64,000 nucleotides of DNA from Aquiluna sp. (GTDB lineage Bacteria > Actinomycetota > Actinomycetes > Actinomycetales > Microbacteriaceae). Shown piece after piece: positions 36,920-46,349 of the stretch (within the stretch, counting starts at the first letter, position 1; each line of letters opens with the position of its first letter). The stretch spans positions 112-64,111 of the forward strand of contig JAPKCK010000008.1 in assembly GCA_028822985.1 (NCBI GenBank). The letters run 5' to 3'. A program made the position numbers and the translations under genes. The notes below the pieces were generated by a model. That model made no database searches and was not told where the DNA came from. It saw only the letters and a program-made list of their open reading frames with translations.

Positions 36920-37960
36920 ATGATCAGGAAAACACTCGCTCTCGCTGCTTTAGCTTCCGTATCTCTGGCGGGTTGCTCTACGACTCCTGCGGTGGTAGAG
37001 AGCTCTCCAGCGGCTGCAGAAACTGCCACAGAGCAGCTAGCGGAAAAAACTTCAATAACGGTTTACTCGGGTCGTAAAGAGTCGCTGGTACAGGCGGTAA
37101 TCGATCAGTTCACCACGGACACTGGAATTACAGTCGAGGTTCGCTATGGCAAGAGCGCCGAGATGGCTGCTCAGCTACTGGAGGAAGGCGACAACTCGCC
37201 AGCTGACGTATTTTTCTCTCAAGATGCTGGAGCACTTGGGGCTGTGAGCAAGGCCGGGATGCTTGTCGACATGCCAAGCGAAATTCTCGGGCTTGTTCCA
37301 TCTGAGTACTCAGCGGCTGACGGAAAGTGGGTCGGCGTATCAGGCCGAGCAAGGGTAATGGTCTACAACCCTGACAAGGTTTCCGAGGTTCCGGCGTCGG
37401 TTTTCGACCTAGCGGGCCCTGAATGGCAGGGAAGAATAGGAATTGCTCCGACTAACGCTTCTTTCCAGGCATTTGTTACTGCCATGCGAGTTCTTCACGG
37501 TGACGATAAGACTCTTGAATGGCTAAAAGCCATGAAAGTCAATGCAGTCATGTACCCAAAAAACTCGGCTATTTTGCAAGCTGTTGAGGATAAGGCTGTC
37601 GACGCAGGTCTAATAAACCACTACTACTGGTTTGCCATGAGCAAAGACATTGGAGTCGAAAATATGACATCAAAGCTCGGCCAGTTTAAATCCAAGGACG
37701 TGGGAAATCTAATCAATGCTGCGGGAGTTGGAATCATTTCCGACTCGAACGCTGCTAGAAGCTTCGTTGAGTACCTGTTGAGCAAGACGGGGCAGCAGTA
37801 CTTCGTCAGCGAGACCAGCGAGTACCCGCTAATCCCTGGCGTTCTGGCCGGTGTCGAGTTGACGCCGATGGATCAGATTCCAGCTCCAGAGGTTGACCTC
37901 AGCGGTCTAGATGATCTAGACACAACCCTAGCTATGATTCGCGAGGCTGGTCTGATATAG
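36920..37960 (+). CDS. Fe3+ ABC transporter substrate-binding lipoprotein (FutA/AfuA-like)
   Basis: Lipobox LAGC, VYSGR, SPADVF, GRARV, APTNASFQAF, NHYY. Confidence 0.92.
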   Translation: MIRKTLALAALASVSLAGCSTTPAVVESSPAAAETATEQLAEKTSITVYSGRKESLVQAVIDQFTTDTGITVEVRYGKSAEMAAQLLEEGDNSPADVFFSQDAGALGAVSKAGMLVDMPSEILGLVPSEYSAADGKWVGVSGRARVMVYNPDKVSEVPASVFDLAGPEWQGRIGIAPTNASFQAFVTAMRVLHGDDKTLEWLKAMKVNAVMYPKNSAILQAVEDKAVDAGLINHYYWFAMSKDIGVENMTSKLGQFKSKDVGNLINAAGVGIISDSNAARSFVEYLLSKTGQQYFVSETSEYPLIPGVLAGVELTPMDQIPAPEVDLSGLDDLDTTLAMIREAGLI

Positions 37961-37969
37961 TCCAAGACT

Positions 37970-39484
37970 ATGCGCAAGCCTCCGAAAATCATAGTCGTCA
38001 TCGGCGTCAGTGCTACCTTGCTGGCCGTTCTTCCGGTTGTCTACTTGGGACTTCGTCTCTTCGAAGGCTTCGATAGGGCGCTAGCCGAATTGCTTAGATT
38101 TAGAACCCTCGAGTTACTGGGTAACACTGGGTTACTGGTTCTGGCAGTCTCGGTTAGCGCCCTTTTAGTTGGGTTTTCCCAAGCTTGGCTCACAACGCGA
38201 TCTACTGTGAAATTTGCGTCATCTTTCGCAGTATTGGCTGCCCTGCCGCTTGCCATTCCTTCCTACGTAATGGCGCTGGGCTACATGTCACTATTTCCAA
38301 AGTTCTCGGGTTTTTTTGCATCTTGGCTGGTTCTTACTCTGGCCACCAGTCCTTATGTCTTCTTGGGAGTTACGGCAGCCTTGGTCCGTATCGACACAGC
38401 AACCGATGAGGTTGCCAGGACCCTTGGTCTTGGCAGGTTTAAAGTTCTAACGCGAGTCACATGGCCGCAGGTTAGGCCTGCGGCAACTGCGTCGGTTTTG
38501 TTAGTTGCGCTCTACGTGTTGGGTGAATTTGGAGCCATAGCTCTGCTCCGATATGACACATTTACTAGGGCGATCTATAACGCGTACCAAGGTTCTTTCG
38601 ATAGAACCTCGGCCGCTGCGCTGGCACTTGTTTTGTTGCTGATTACGCTCCTAATTATCTGGCTCGAAAGACGGTATCGCGGTCTTTATCTCGCTAATAC
38701 GAAGGCGCTCGGCAAGAGACTTCGAGTGGATTTGGGCTCTTGGTCTTGGGTCGCTATGGCGGGACTCACTTCGATTGCAGTCTTCGGTGTTGGCGTTCCA
38801 ATCGTTAGTCTTTTCGTTTGGAGCGTCCAAGGAAGCGCGAGTCTGGACTTACCAATGCTGCTCGATGCACTTTGGGGCTCGGTTCGGCTAGCGGGTTTAT
38901 CTGGTCTCTTCATAGGTTTCTTCGCCATAGCAATCGCACTTTGGGCCGTTAGATATCGAACCAGGCTAGGTGCGTGGATCGAAACTTTAAGTTGGGCTAC
39001 CCACGCGCTCCCGGCCGTTGTAGTGGGTTTGGCGCTCGTGTTTTTTGGTGCGAACATCACCCCATGGATTTACCAGACGACTTGGATGCTGGTCATTGCC
39101 TACCTCATCTTGTTTCTGCCGAATGCCTTGGCTGCTATCAGCACTCCAATTGCTCAAGTTCCCAAAGATCTGGAGGATGTCTCCCAGTCACTTGGGGTTC
39201 CAGCGAACCGAACCTTAGTCAAGGTGGTTTTACCAATCGCCATTCCGGGGATTGTTGCAGGGGTTGGCTTGGTTGCGCTAACCGTGCTAAAAGAATTACC
39301 CGCAACCTTGTTACTGCGACCAACTGAGGCCAACACTTTGGCAACCAGGCTTTGGGATGCAACGGAGGATCTGGCGTACTCGCAAGCGGCACCGTATGCG
39401 CTCCTGCTAGTCATTGTTGCCGGGTTGCCCGCACTCGTGTTGAATTCTCAGGCCAGGAAAGCACTATCGGAGGTTCGGGGCTAA
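37970..39484 (+). CDS. Fe3+ ABC transporter permease
   Basis: Duplicated permease; PLAIPSYV, EVARTLG, KELPATL.LRP. Confidence 0.92.
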   Translation: MRKPPKIIVVIGVSATLLAVLPVVYLGLRLFEGFDRALAELLRFRTLELLGNTGLLVLAVSVSALLVGFSQAWLTTRSTVKFASSFAVLAALPLAIPSYVMALGYMSLFPKFSGFFASWLVLTLATSPYVFLGVTAALVRIDTATDEVARTLGLGRFKVLTRVTWPQVRPAATASVLLVALYVLGEFGAIALLRYDTFTRAIYNAYQGSFDRTSAAALALVLLLITLLIIWLERRYRGLYLANTKALGKRLRVDLGSWSWVAMAGLTSIAVFGVGVPIVSLFVWSVQGSASLDLPMLLDALWGSVRLAGLSGLFIGFFAIAIALWAVRYRTRLGAWIETLSWATHALPAVVVGLALVFFGANITPWIYQTTWMLVIAYLILFLPNALAAISTPIAQVPKDLEDVSQSLGVPANRTLVKVVLPIAIPGIVAGVGLVALTVLKELPATLLLRPTEANTLATRLWDATEDLAYSQAAPYALLLVIVAGLPALVLNSQARKALSEVRG

Positions 39485-40509
39485 TGGCGACTCTGAACCT
39501 ACGCGGCGTAAAAAAATCATTTGGTGATTTTGAAGTCTTGAGTGGCGTTGATTTGTTGGTAGAGGATCAAGAGCTGGTTGCGGTTCTTGGTGCTTCTGGG
39601 TCTGGCAAGTCGACTCTGCTTCGACTGATCGCCGGTTTTGAAAAACCAACTGCCGGAACAATTGAGCTGGCGGGAAAAGAAATTTCTAGTGTCACTAAAG
39701 TTTTGGTTCCGGAAAAACGAAACATCGGAATCGTTCCGCAGGATGCCGCTCTATTCCCTCATCTCAGCGTAAGTCAAAACATCGGTTTTGGCTTAGCTGG
39801 CTGGTCTTCAAAAGACAAAGCGGCGCGAGTGGCGGAGCTGCTAGAAATCGTTGAACTAACAGAGTTTGCAGACGCCAGACCTGAGAAGCTCTCCGGCGGA
39901 CAGGCACAACGGGTGGCTCTGGCTCGCGCTCTGGCGCCGAGGCCAGCGATTGTGCTGATGGACGAACCTTTTAGTGCCCTGGATGCCGAGCTTAGAACCA
40001 GACTCCGCCTTGATGTAAAGGCCATCTTGAAAAAAGAGGGAGCGACTGCGATCTTGGTCACCCACGATCAAGAAGAGGCGTTGTCACTGGCTGATCGCGT
40101 CGCGGTATTGAGGAACGGCCAGATAGTTCAGGTTGGTTCTCCGACTGAGATTTACAACTCACCGGTAGATATAGGTATCGCAACTTTCCTCGGCGATTCC
40201 GTGCTGATCGACGGCGAAGTTAAAAACGGAAAGGTGCTAACTCGACTCGGCGCCTTGAACCCACTGAACAAGGTCACTGAAGGTCAAGTGGGTCGAGTAG
40301 CAATCAGGGGAGAGAATTTTTATTTACTGCCAAACCCAAAGGGCGAGGGCGAAGTTGTCGGGCAAGTATTCTTTGGGCACGATGCCGTGGTTGAGGTCGT
40401 CACCAGGGGCGTAAAAATTAGAGCAAGATCCAATGGGCCCTTTGCCCCGGAGGTTGGAATGAAGGTTTCAGTTTGGGTTCGCGGCTCAGTGAATTTTTAC
40501 CCCGTTTAA
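39484..40509 (+). CDS. Fe3+ ABC transporter ATP-binding protein
   Basis: GASGSGKS, LSGGQAQR, DEPFSALD, VTHDQEEA; ATG overlaps the permease stop. Confidence 0.93.
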   Translation: MATLNLRGVKKSFGDFEVLSGVDLLVEDQELVAVLGASGSGKSTLLRLIAGFEKPTAGTIELAGKEISSVTKVLVPEKRNIGIVPQDAALFPHLSVSQNIGFGLAGWSSKDKAARVAELLEIVELTEFADARPEKLSGGQAQRVALARALAPRPAIVLMDEPFSALDAELRTRLRLDVKAILKKEGATAILVTHDQEEALSLADRVAVLRNGQIVQVGSPTEIYNSPVDIGIATFLGDSVLIDGEVKNGKVLTRLGALNPLNKVTEGQVGRVAIRGENFYLLPNPKGEGEVVGQVFFGHDAVVEVVTRGVKIRARSNGPFAPEVGMKVSVWVRGSVNFYPV

Positions 40510-40626
40510 ACCGACAGTTTTCTATAAGTTTCGACAAACTCACAGGTACCGGACAAGCTCTGCCACTAGGCTCAGACTTGTTTTCAGGGCAGCTTCTTTT
40601 GCTGTGAGTCTTAGGAGCGATGGAAC

Positions 40627-41268
40627 TTGAATTGGTTTGATGCGCAAGAGATAATCTCTGCGTTTGGCGACTGGGCCGCAGTTGCTGTTGCGTTTGTAAT
40701 TTTCATTGAAACCGCCTTTATTTTCACATCCATTTTGCCCGGGGACTCCCTGCTGTTTTTGACCGGATTGACTCTTGCGAACTCGGAATCGTGGCTTCCA
40801 GATTGGGCGGGTTTTCTGCTTATTTGGACCACGGCTTTTTCCGGGACCCAGGTTGGCTATTGGATTGGCGCGAAAATCGGTCCGCCTCTGATAGCTAAGG
40901 AGCGCAAGTTCATTTTGAACAAGGCGACACTCGATAGAACCCATGAATTTTTCGAAAACTACGGAGCCAGGGCAGTAGTTTTGGCTAGATTTGTGCCGAT
41001 TCTGAGGGCTCTGATTCCAATGCTTGCCGGTATTTCCAAGATGGATTATCGAAGATTCACCAAACTAAACCTTATTGGCGCAACGGCCTGGGTCGTGGTT
41101 TTCATGGTTCCAGGCTATTGGTTGGGTGGTTTCGATATGGTTAAGGAAAACCTAGAAATTACCGTCCTACTTATTGTCGTCGGCACCACGATGTTGCTGC
41201 CACTGGAAATCCTACGAGACCGACTGGTGAAGCGACACAAAGTTAGAAAAAGCCAGTCGGGCAAATAG
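40627..41268 (+). CDS. DedA/VTT-family membrane protein
   Basis: FIET...LPGDSLLFLTG, GYWIG, ARFVPILR, F..LNLIGA..W. Confidence 0.9.
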   Translation: MNWFDAQEIISAFGDWAAVAVAFVIFIETAFIFTSILPGDSLLFLTGLTLANSESWLPDWAGFLLIWTTAFSGTQVGYWIGAKIGPPLIAKERKFILNKATLDRTHEFFENYGARAVVLARFVPILRALIPMLAGISKMDYRRFTKLNLIGATAWVVVFMVPGYWLGGFDMVKENLEITVLLIVVGTTMLLPLEILRDRLVKRHKVRKSQSGK

Positions 41269-41317
41269 CAGCCCCGCCATCAACCAGTTCTTATCTAAAA
41301 CTTCTAGAATTAGCCAA

Positions 41318-42412
41318 ATGCGCTCACTCAGACTCTTTGTTGTCACACTCGTCGGCCTTCTGGCCCTGACCTCCTGCCAAGCAGCTGAACCAGTGCCGGC
41401 AATAACCTCCGCAGCTCCGCAAGTAACAGTTGAGCCGGAACCGGAGCCTCTGCCCGTATACCAAGCCGCTCCGCTAACTGGAGTTTTGTATCTTGAGGGA
41501 GAGAATCCCTACCTAGCGATGCCTGCGGTGTCGGCAAAGATTGACAACACCTACGCCGGCAGGCCGCAACTTGCGCTAAATGACGCCGACATCGTGTACG
41601 TGACTCGGGTTGAAGTGGGCCTCACTAGGCTCCTACCGGTTTGGCATTCGAGGATGCCAGAGGCAATTGGACCGGTTCGATCGGTTAGACCGGTCGATGC
41701 ATCCATAGTCGATCCATTCCATGGGATCTTCGCTTTCTCGGGAGGACAGGCTCCGTTCAAGTCTGCGGCGAAAAGTACGGGCCTGGTTATCAGCGACGAA
41801 GACACTGAAATGAAGAATGAGACCTACTATCGCGAGTCGACAAGAAAAGCGCCTTGGAATCTTTATTTCAGTTCGCAAAAACTGCAGGAGCTCTACGCAA
41901 ATGAACAGCCAGTCCCACAGGCAGGTTTTGAATTTGATGCAATCCCATCTGCTGTCTCTCAAGGGGTGGCGGCAAAGGGACTAAGCGTTAAGTATCCGCA
42001 GTTGAAATCAGTTTGGGATCTTGGCACCGCCAAGTTTGACTGGGCTGAGCCACTGCAAATTGCTTGGCTTCGAACTCAAGATGGAACCCCCCACACGCAA
42101 TTGGGCGGCGATCAGGTGGCGGCTAAAAATGTGGTGGTCCTAGAAGTCGTCCACGATCTAAGTTTTGTGGATCCAAAATACGGTGCGATTCCACAAGCCA
42201 GGCTTGTAAATAATGAGGGCATAGCCCACGTTTTCTCAGACGGCCATTACCTTAGGGGTTCTTGGTCCAAGGGCGAGAGTGAAGACCCAATAATCCTGAC
42301 CACCGCATCCGGAGAGGTTTTGAAGCTTGCAATAGGAAACACCTGGGTCGAGATGATGGATGTTCCGAAATCGGTATTGAAAATCTCTTTGACCGAGCCT
42401 CCCACCGAGTAA
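41318..42412 (+). CDS. DUF3048-family lipoprotein
   Basis: Lipobox LTSC, APLTG, KIDN...RPQ..L..ADIVY, GPVRSVR, KAPWNLY, GNTWVE. Confidence 0.85.
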   Translation: MRSLRLFVVTLVGLLALTSCQAAEPVPAITSAAPQVTVEPEPEPLPVYQAAPLTGVLYLEGENPYLAMPAVSAKIDNTYAGRPQLALNDADIVYVTRVEVGLTRLLPVWHSRMPEAIGPVRSVRPVDASIVDPFHGIFAFSGGQAPFKSAAKSTGLVISDEDTEMKNETYYRESTRKAPWNLYFSSQKLQELYANEQPVPQAGFEFDAIPSAVSQGVAAKGLSVKYPQLKSVWDLGTAKFDWAEPLQIAWLRTQDGTPHTQLGGDQVAAKNVVVLEVVHDLSFVDPKYGAIPQARLVNNEGIAHVFSDGHYLRGSWSKGESEDPIILTTASGEVLKLAIGNTWVEMMDVPKSVLKISLTEPPTE

Positions 42413-42416
42413 TGCT

Positions 42417-42554
42417 GTGCGCGGAGTAAAGAAGAAAGACCTACCTGAGAAGATCTGCTTACGTTGCGGTCGACCGATGGTGTGGCGCAAGTCTTGGGAG
42501 AAAAATTGGGACGAAGTTCGCTACTGCTCGGAGAAATGCAAGCGCACAAAATAG
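42417..42554 (+). CDS. DUF2256-family small protein MRGVKKKDLPEKICLRCGRPMVWRKSWEKNWDEVRYCSEKCKRTK (45 aa, not in ORF track)
   Basis: LPEKIC..CGRP..WRK.W...WDEVRYCSE.C signature, translated by hand from GTG 42417. Confidence 0.88.
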   Translation: MRGVKKKDLPEKICLRCGRPMVWRKSWEKNWDEVRYCSEKCKRTK

Positions 42555-42558
42555 CTAG

Positions 42559-43467
42559 CTATAAGGACTTGGTGTATTCCTTGAGCCATTCCTTGAGATC
42601 TGGTCCAATATCTTCGCGGTCACTCGCGATCTTGATGGTGGCCTTTATGAAATCGAGCTTGTCCCCAGTGTCATAGCGACGACCAGTGAAAATAACGCCC
42701 CTCACACCACCGGCGATTTCCGGGTGCTGGGCGGCATACTGGAGGGCGTCGGTCAACTGAATTTCTCCACCTCGACCAGGTGCAGTCTGCTCAAGAATTT
42801 GGAACATTTCTTGCCGAAGCACATACCTTCCAATGACTGCGTAGTTGGATGGGGCGGTTCCCGGTGCCGGCTTTTCCACAAGATCGGTAACTATGACGCT
42901 GTCTGAATCTGTTGCAGTAACCGAAGCGCAACCGTAGAGCGAAATTTGCTCGGCTGGAACCTCCATTAAGGCAATGACGTTATCCCCGGTTTGCTGATGA
43001 ATTTCAAGCATGCGGTTCAGCAGGGGATCCCTAGCGTCGATAATGTCATCGCCAAGTAGCACCGCAAAGCTGTGCTCGCCAACGTGGCTCTTGGCTCTCA
43101 AGATTGCGTGACCAAGGCCCAGAGGGTCACCCTGTCGTGTGTAGTGAATGTCCGCTAGCTGAGAGGACTCCCGGACGCTAAATAATCTTTGCTCGTCACC
43201 CTTGTTGGCAAGCACTTGCTCTAGCTCGGCCACTCGATCAAAATGATTTTCCAGAGTGTTTTTGTTTCTCCCGGTAATCATCAATAAATCGCTGAGCCCA
43301 GCAGATACTGCTTCTTCGACAACATACTGAATAACGGGCTTATCTACGATTGGAAGCATTTCTTTGGGCATGGCTTTAGTCGCAGGCAGGAATCTGGTTC
43401 CTAAACCGGCTACCGGGATCACTGCCTTGGTAACTTGGTAGTCGGTGTTTTTCGCAGGGGTTTTCAT
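42559..43467 (-). CDS. galU: UTP-glucose-1-phosphate uridylyltransferase
   Basis: KAVIPVAGLGTRFLPATKAMPKEMLP, RQGDPLGLGHA, VEKP, EIQLTDAL. Confidence 0.96.
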   Translation of the reverse strand: MKTPAKNTDYQVTKAVIPVAGLGTRFLPATKAMPKEMLPIVDKPVIQYVVEEAVSAGLSDLLMITGRNKNTLENHFDRVAELEQVLANKGDEQRLFSVRESSQLADIHYTRQGDPLGLGHAILRAKSHVGEHSFAVLLGDDIIDARDPLLNRMLEIHQQTGDNVIALMEVPAEQISLYGCASVTATDSDSVIVTDLVEKPAPGTAPSNYAVIGRYVLRQEMFQILEQTAPGRGGEIQLTDALQYAAQHPEIAGGVRGVIFTGRRYDTGDKLDFIKATIKIASDREDIGPDLKEWLKEYTKSL

Positions 43468-43550
43468 AGCTAAAGCCTAGACTTTGTTCAGGCTTGTCTA
43501 AACATTCGGGCCTAGTATCTTTTTTGACTTACAGCTTTAAGGGGATCGTT

Positions 43551-44831
43551 TTGAAAACAAAGTTACTGGCTCTTGTTGCCGCGCTAGCGGTACTGCTTTC
43601 CACGGGCCTTTCCGCGAACGCCGCACCGAGTGAGCCGGCTTATCAGGCCATCAACGCGCAGAGCGTTTGGGATCAAGGTTTTACTGGCGAGGGAACAACG
43701 GTAGCGATCATTGATCAGGGCGTGAATCTGAATCATCCCTATTTCGTTGGCCAGATAATCGATGGGTACTGCTTTGTCGAAGCAACCTCCAGCTTTCGAT
43801 GCCCAAATGGCTCATTGGAGCAGTCAGGCGTGGAGGCTGCCTCGCAGCGAAAAATTGGAAGCCAATTCTCAACTGAGGACCATGGCAACATGGTGGCAGG
43901 GATTGTGGCTGGAAACCCAACTAACGAGGCACCTGGTGGCATTGCTCCGGGATCAGACATCTTGATGGCGAATGTTGACCTTACGCTGAGCGGAATTTTG
44001 GCTGGATTGAGATACGTGGACCAACGAAAGGAGGAGCTGAACATTGTGGCGTTGTCCATGAGTTGGGGCGGTTACTTCACGGAGATTCCCCGTGAATGGC
44101 TACGTTGTGACACAAACCCCGAATTGCAGCAGATGGCAGCAGTTCTCAGCTCTCTTCGCAAAGGTGGAGTTATCCCGTTTGCTTCGGCCGGCAACACTCC
44201 GACACTTGACATCGCCACCTCACTTTTCCCAAGCTGCCTGAAGGATGCTGTGGCAGTTGGGTCAGTGAACCAGGCTAATGATGTGTCCTGGTATGTGACC
44301 ATGTCTGACAAGGTTGAGATAGTGGCGCCTGATTACACAATCAGTGCAAATACATTTAATTACGCCCGCTCTTCTGGCACCAGTGCGGCAGCTCCCCTAG
44401 TTGCCGGTAGCTACGCTTTATTGCGTCAGGCCTTTCCTAACCACGGCGCAGAACAAGTGCTGTCGGCAATCAAGGCATCTGGAAAGCCCATCAATGACGT
44501 GATCCGGAAAAACATACCGATGGTTGATCTACGAGCCGCGTACTTGTTGCTCTCAAACACAGCTGCCGGGGCGGTAATAGCCCCACAGGCCTCAGCAGGA
44601 CAGGTTCTGAATGTTGGAACCTTCAACGGCAAAATTGTGGTCTATGCCAAGGGATACAAGGGCCAAACGCTGTCATGGAGAATTGCCGGCAAGTGGCAGA
44701 AGGTGACCGTGACCAAGGACTATCAAGCCTTCGATCGCCTCACTTCGGCGACCGGACTGACGGTGACGATAGACCTATATCTCGACGGGGTAACCCCGGC
44801 CGCTTTTTCTAAAACGGTAATTACCAAATAG
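43551..44831 (+). CDS. Secreted S8 (subtilisin-family) serine peptidase with a C-terminal beta-rich domain
   Basis: Signal peptide ending ANA; IIDQG (Asp), DHGNMVAG (His), SGTSAAAPLVAG (Ser); TTG 43551 after a GGGG RBS. Confidence 0.88.
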   Translation: MKTKLLALVAALAVLLSTGLSANAAPSEPAYQAINAQSVWDQGFTGEGTTVAIIDQGVNLNHPYFVGQIIDGYCFVEATSSFRCPNGSLEQSGVEAASQRKIGSQFSTEDHGNMVAGIVAGNPTNEAPGGIAPGSDILMANVDLTLSGILAGLRYVDQRKEELNIVALSMSWGGYFTEIPREWLRCDTNPELQQMAAVLSSLRKGGVIPFASAGNTPTLDIATSLFPSCLKDAVAVGSVNQANDVSWYVTMSDKVEIVAPDYTISANTFNYARSSGTSAAAPLVAGSYALLRQAFPNHGAEQVLSAIKASGKPINDVIRKNIPMVDLRAAYLLLSNTAAGAVIAPQASAGQVLNVGTFNGKIVVYAKGYKGQTLSWRIAGKWQKVTVTKDYQAFDRLTSATGLTVTIDLYLDGVTPAAFSKTVITK

Positions 44832-44844
44832 AGACTGTTTCCGA

Positions 44845-45579
44845 TTAGCGGGAGATTACGAACTTAGCGGCATTCAAAAAGCCACCTAGCTCGGTTACGC
44901 GTCGGGAGGCAAAGGCCAACCTCACCGGTAATGCCATGACTCCAAAGACCCTTTTGAAAACCCTTGCTCTTGCGATTCGGTCCCGTTTGGCTCCCCATCT
45001 AGCGCCCGAACTGTCGGCTGGATGCATCGCAATGGGGATAGGCGCAAACATGCACTTTGCACCTTTAGCGATCAAGTCAGCGATAAAAATATATTCATCA
45101 CCTAGGTGATTTTTGGCTCCGGCCCCGAAATCTTCATCGAAGAGCACACCGTAATTTTTGACATCCTGCACTCGCACAATCATTTCGTAGGTGGCGGCTC
45201 TGGCGCAGTTGAATCTAGTGAGATCTGTGAGCTTCGTTGGATAGTTTTTGCGCAACTTGCCGGTTTCATCCACGGCGCTAGTAAGTAGCAGTGAGACCTG
45301 CGGGTGGTGCTCCAAATAGCGCAGTGCCTCCGTGAGGGCTTGTTCGTGGAACACCACGTCGTCGTCACCGAACAACAGGTAAGTTCCGTTGGCGTGCTCT
45401 ATGGCCGAGTTTCGACTTTTGGCAACTCCCAACGAATCTAGATACGTCACACCGGGTTTGACTGGTTTAGCCAAAGCCTTCTGGATGTGAACTTGGTATT
45501 CCCAGTCGGCACCGTTTGGATACCTGATGTTTTTGGCTCGATCTGCAAGAGTTGAGTAACCAATGGTCAAAAGCGGCAT
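44845..45579 (-). CDS. Family 2 glycosyltransferase
   Basis: GVAKSRNSAI, FGDDDV, FDEDFGAG...GDEYIF; ATG overlaps the upstream stop. Confidence 0.85.
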   Translation of the reverse strand: MPLLTIGYSTLADRAKNIRYPNGADWEYQVHIQKALAKPVKPGVTYLDSLGVAKSRNSAIEHANGTYLLFGDDDVVFHEQALTEALRYLEHHPQVSLLLTSAVDETGKLRKNYPTKLTDLTRFNCARAATYEMIVRVQDVKNYGVLFDEDFGAGAKNHLGDEYIFIADLIAKGAKCMFAPIPIAMHPADSSGARWGAKRDRIARARVFKRVFGVMALPVRLAFASRRVTELGGFLNAAKFVISR

Positions 45580-46349
45580 TAGAAGCTGTTTGCCTTTGCC
45601 CGGGCGAAACGCATCAGGCTTGAGGACACCGAAGAGAATGTGGTGTTTAGCAGCCTGAGTCCAAGAAAAAACACAATCGTGTTTGAAAGTGAAATCACTC
45701 CTGCGATGCTCAGCCAAATCAATACGCCCATGAGAGCGACCACCAGAAAGCTTGCTAAAAGCGTCCCAAATTCCGCAGTTTGAATTCGGGAACCAAGGCG
45801 CTCTGCCGGGGCTACGGCTTCCTTGTTTCTCTTCGCTTCAACATAGCCGCGCTGAATAATCTGCTGCTTTCTAAAAAGCCTTCCGAATACTTCAAGGACG
45901 ATGATTACCAGCAGCAGGTTGATACCGGCAAAGGCTGGGGAGAGAGCAAAGAAAAAGCCAGAAATCACTATCAGTTGAGTTATGAAGCTGAATACATTTA
46001 CTAGCTCCAGGGCCATCGCCCATTCCCAACTTTCTTTCTGGCTGGAGCGTTCTCTAGTGTCGGCACCAAAGGCCCTGTCAAAAAACTTCACGCGATAGGT
46101 TTTTTGAATGTAGTTGGCGATTCTCGTCGCAATAAACAGCGCCGCAAAAATTGAAACCGAAAACCCCAGCTCAAGCAATGAACGGTTTGCTCCGTCGATT
46201 ACCAAGTCGGTAAATAACTTTGCTACCAAAAGTTCAGTGACCGGTATCGCGGCAGCAATCAGAACAAGCAGCAGTAGCTGCCATCGGAAACGTCTTGTGG
46301 GCAACAAAAGTCTCGCGGAGGAGAACAGCTCGATTGCCATGCGTTTCAT
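45579..46349 (-). CDS. Membrane protein resembling an ABC-exporter TMD without an NBD
   Basis: About 5-6 TM helices with long cytosolic helices; no Walker motifs; embedded in the glycosyltransferase operon. Confidence 0.6.
   Translation of the reverse strand: MKRMAIELFSSARLLLPTRRFRWQLLLLVLIAAAIPVTELLVAKLFTDLVIDGANRSLLELGFSVSIFAALFIATRIANYIQKTYRVKFFDRAFGADTRERSSQKESWEWAMALELVNVFSFITQLIVISGFFFALSPAFAGINLLLVIIVLEVFGRLFRKQQIIQRGYVEAKRNKEAVAPAERLGSRIQTAEFGTLLASFLVVALMGVLIWLSIAGVISLSNTIVFFLGLRLLNTTFSSVSSSLMRFARAKANSF

Noticed and set aside
40510-40640. Possible riboswitch upstream of dedA, and a mini-ORF MELELV from ATG 40620
   Set aside because: A TAGGCT -10 element near 40568 leaves only a short leader with no yybP or fluoride consensus; TTG 40627 is adequately spaced from the same RBS.
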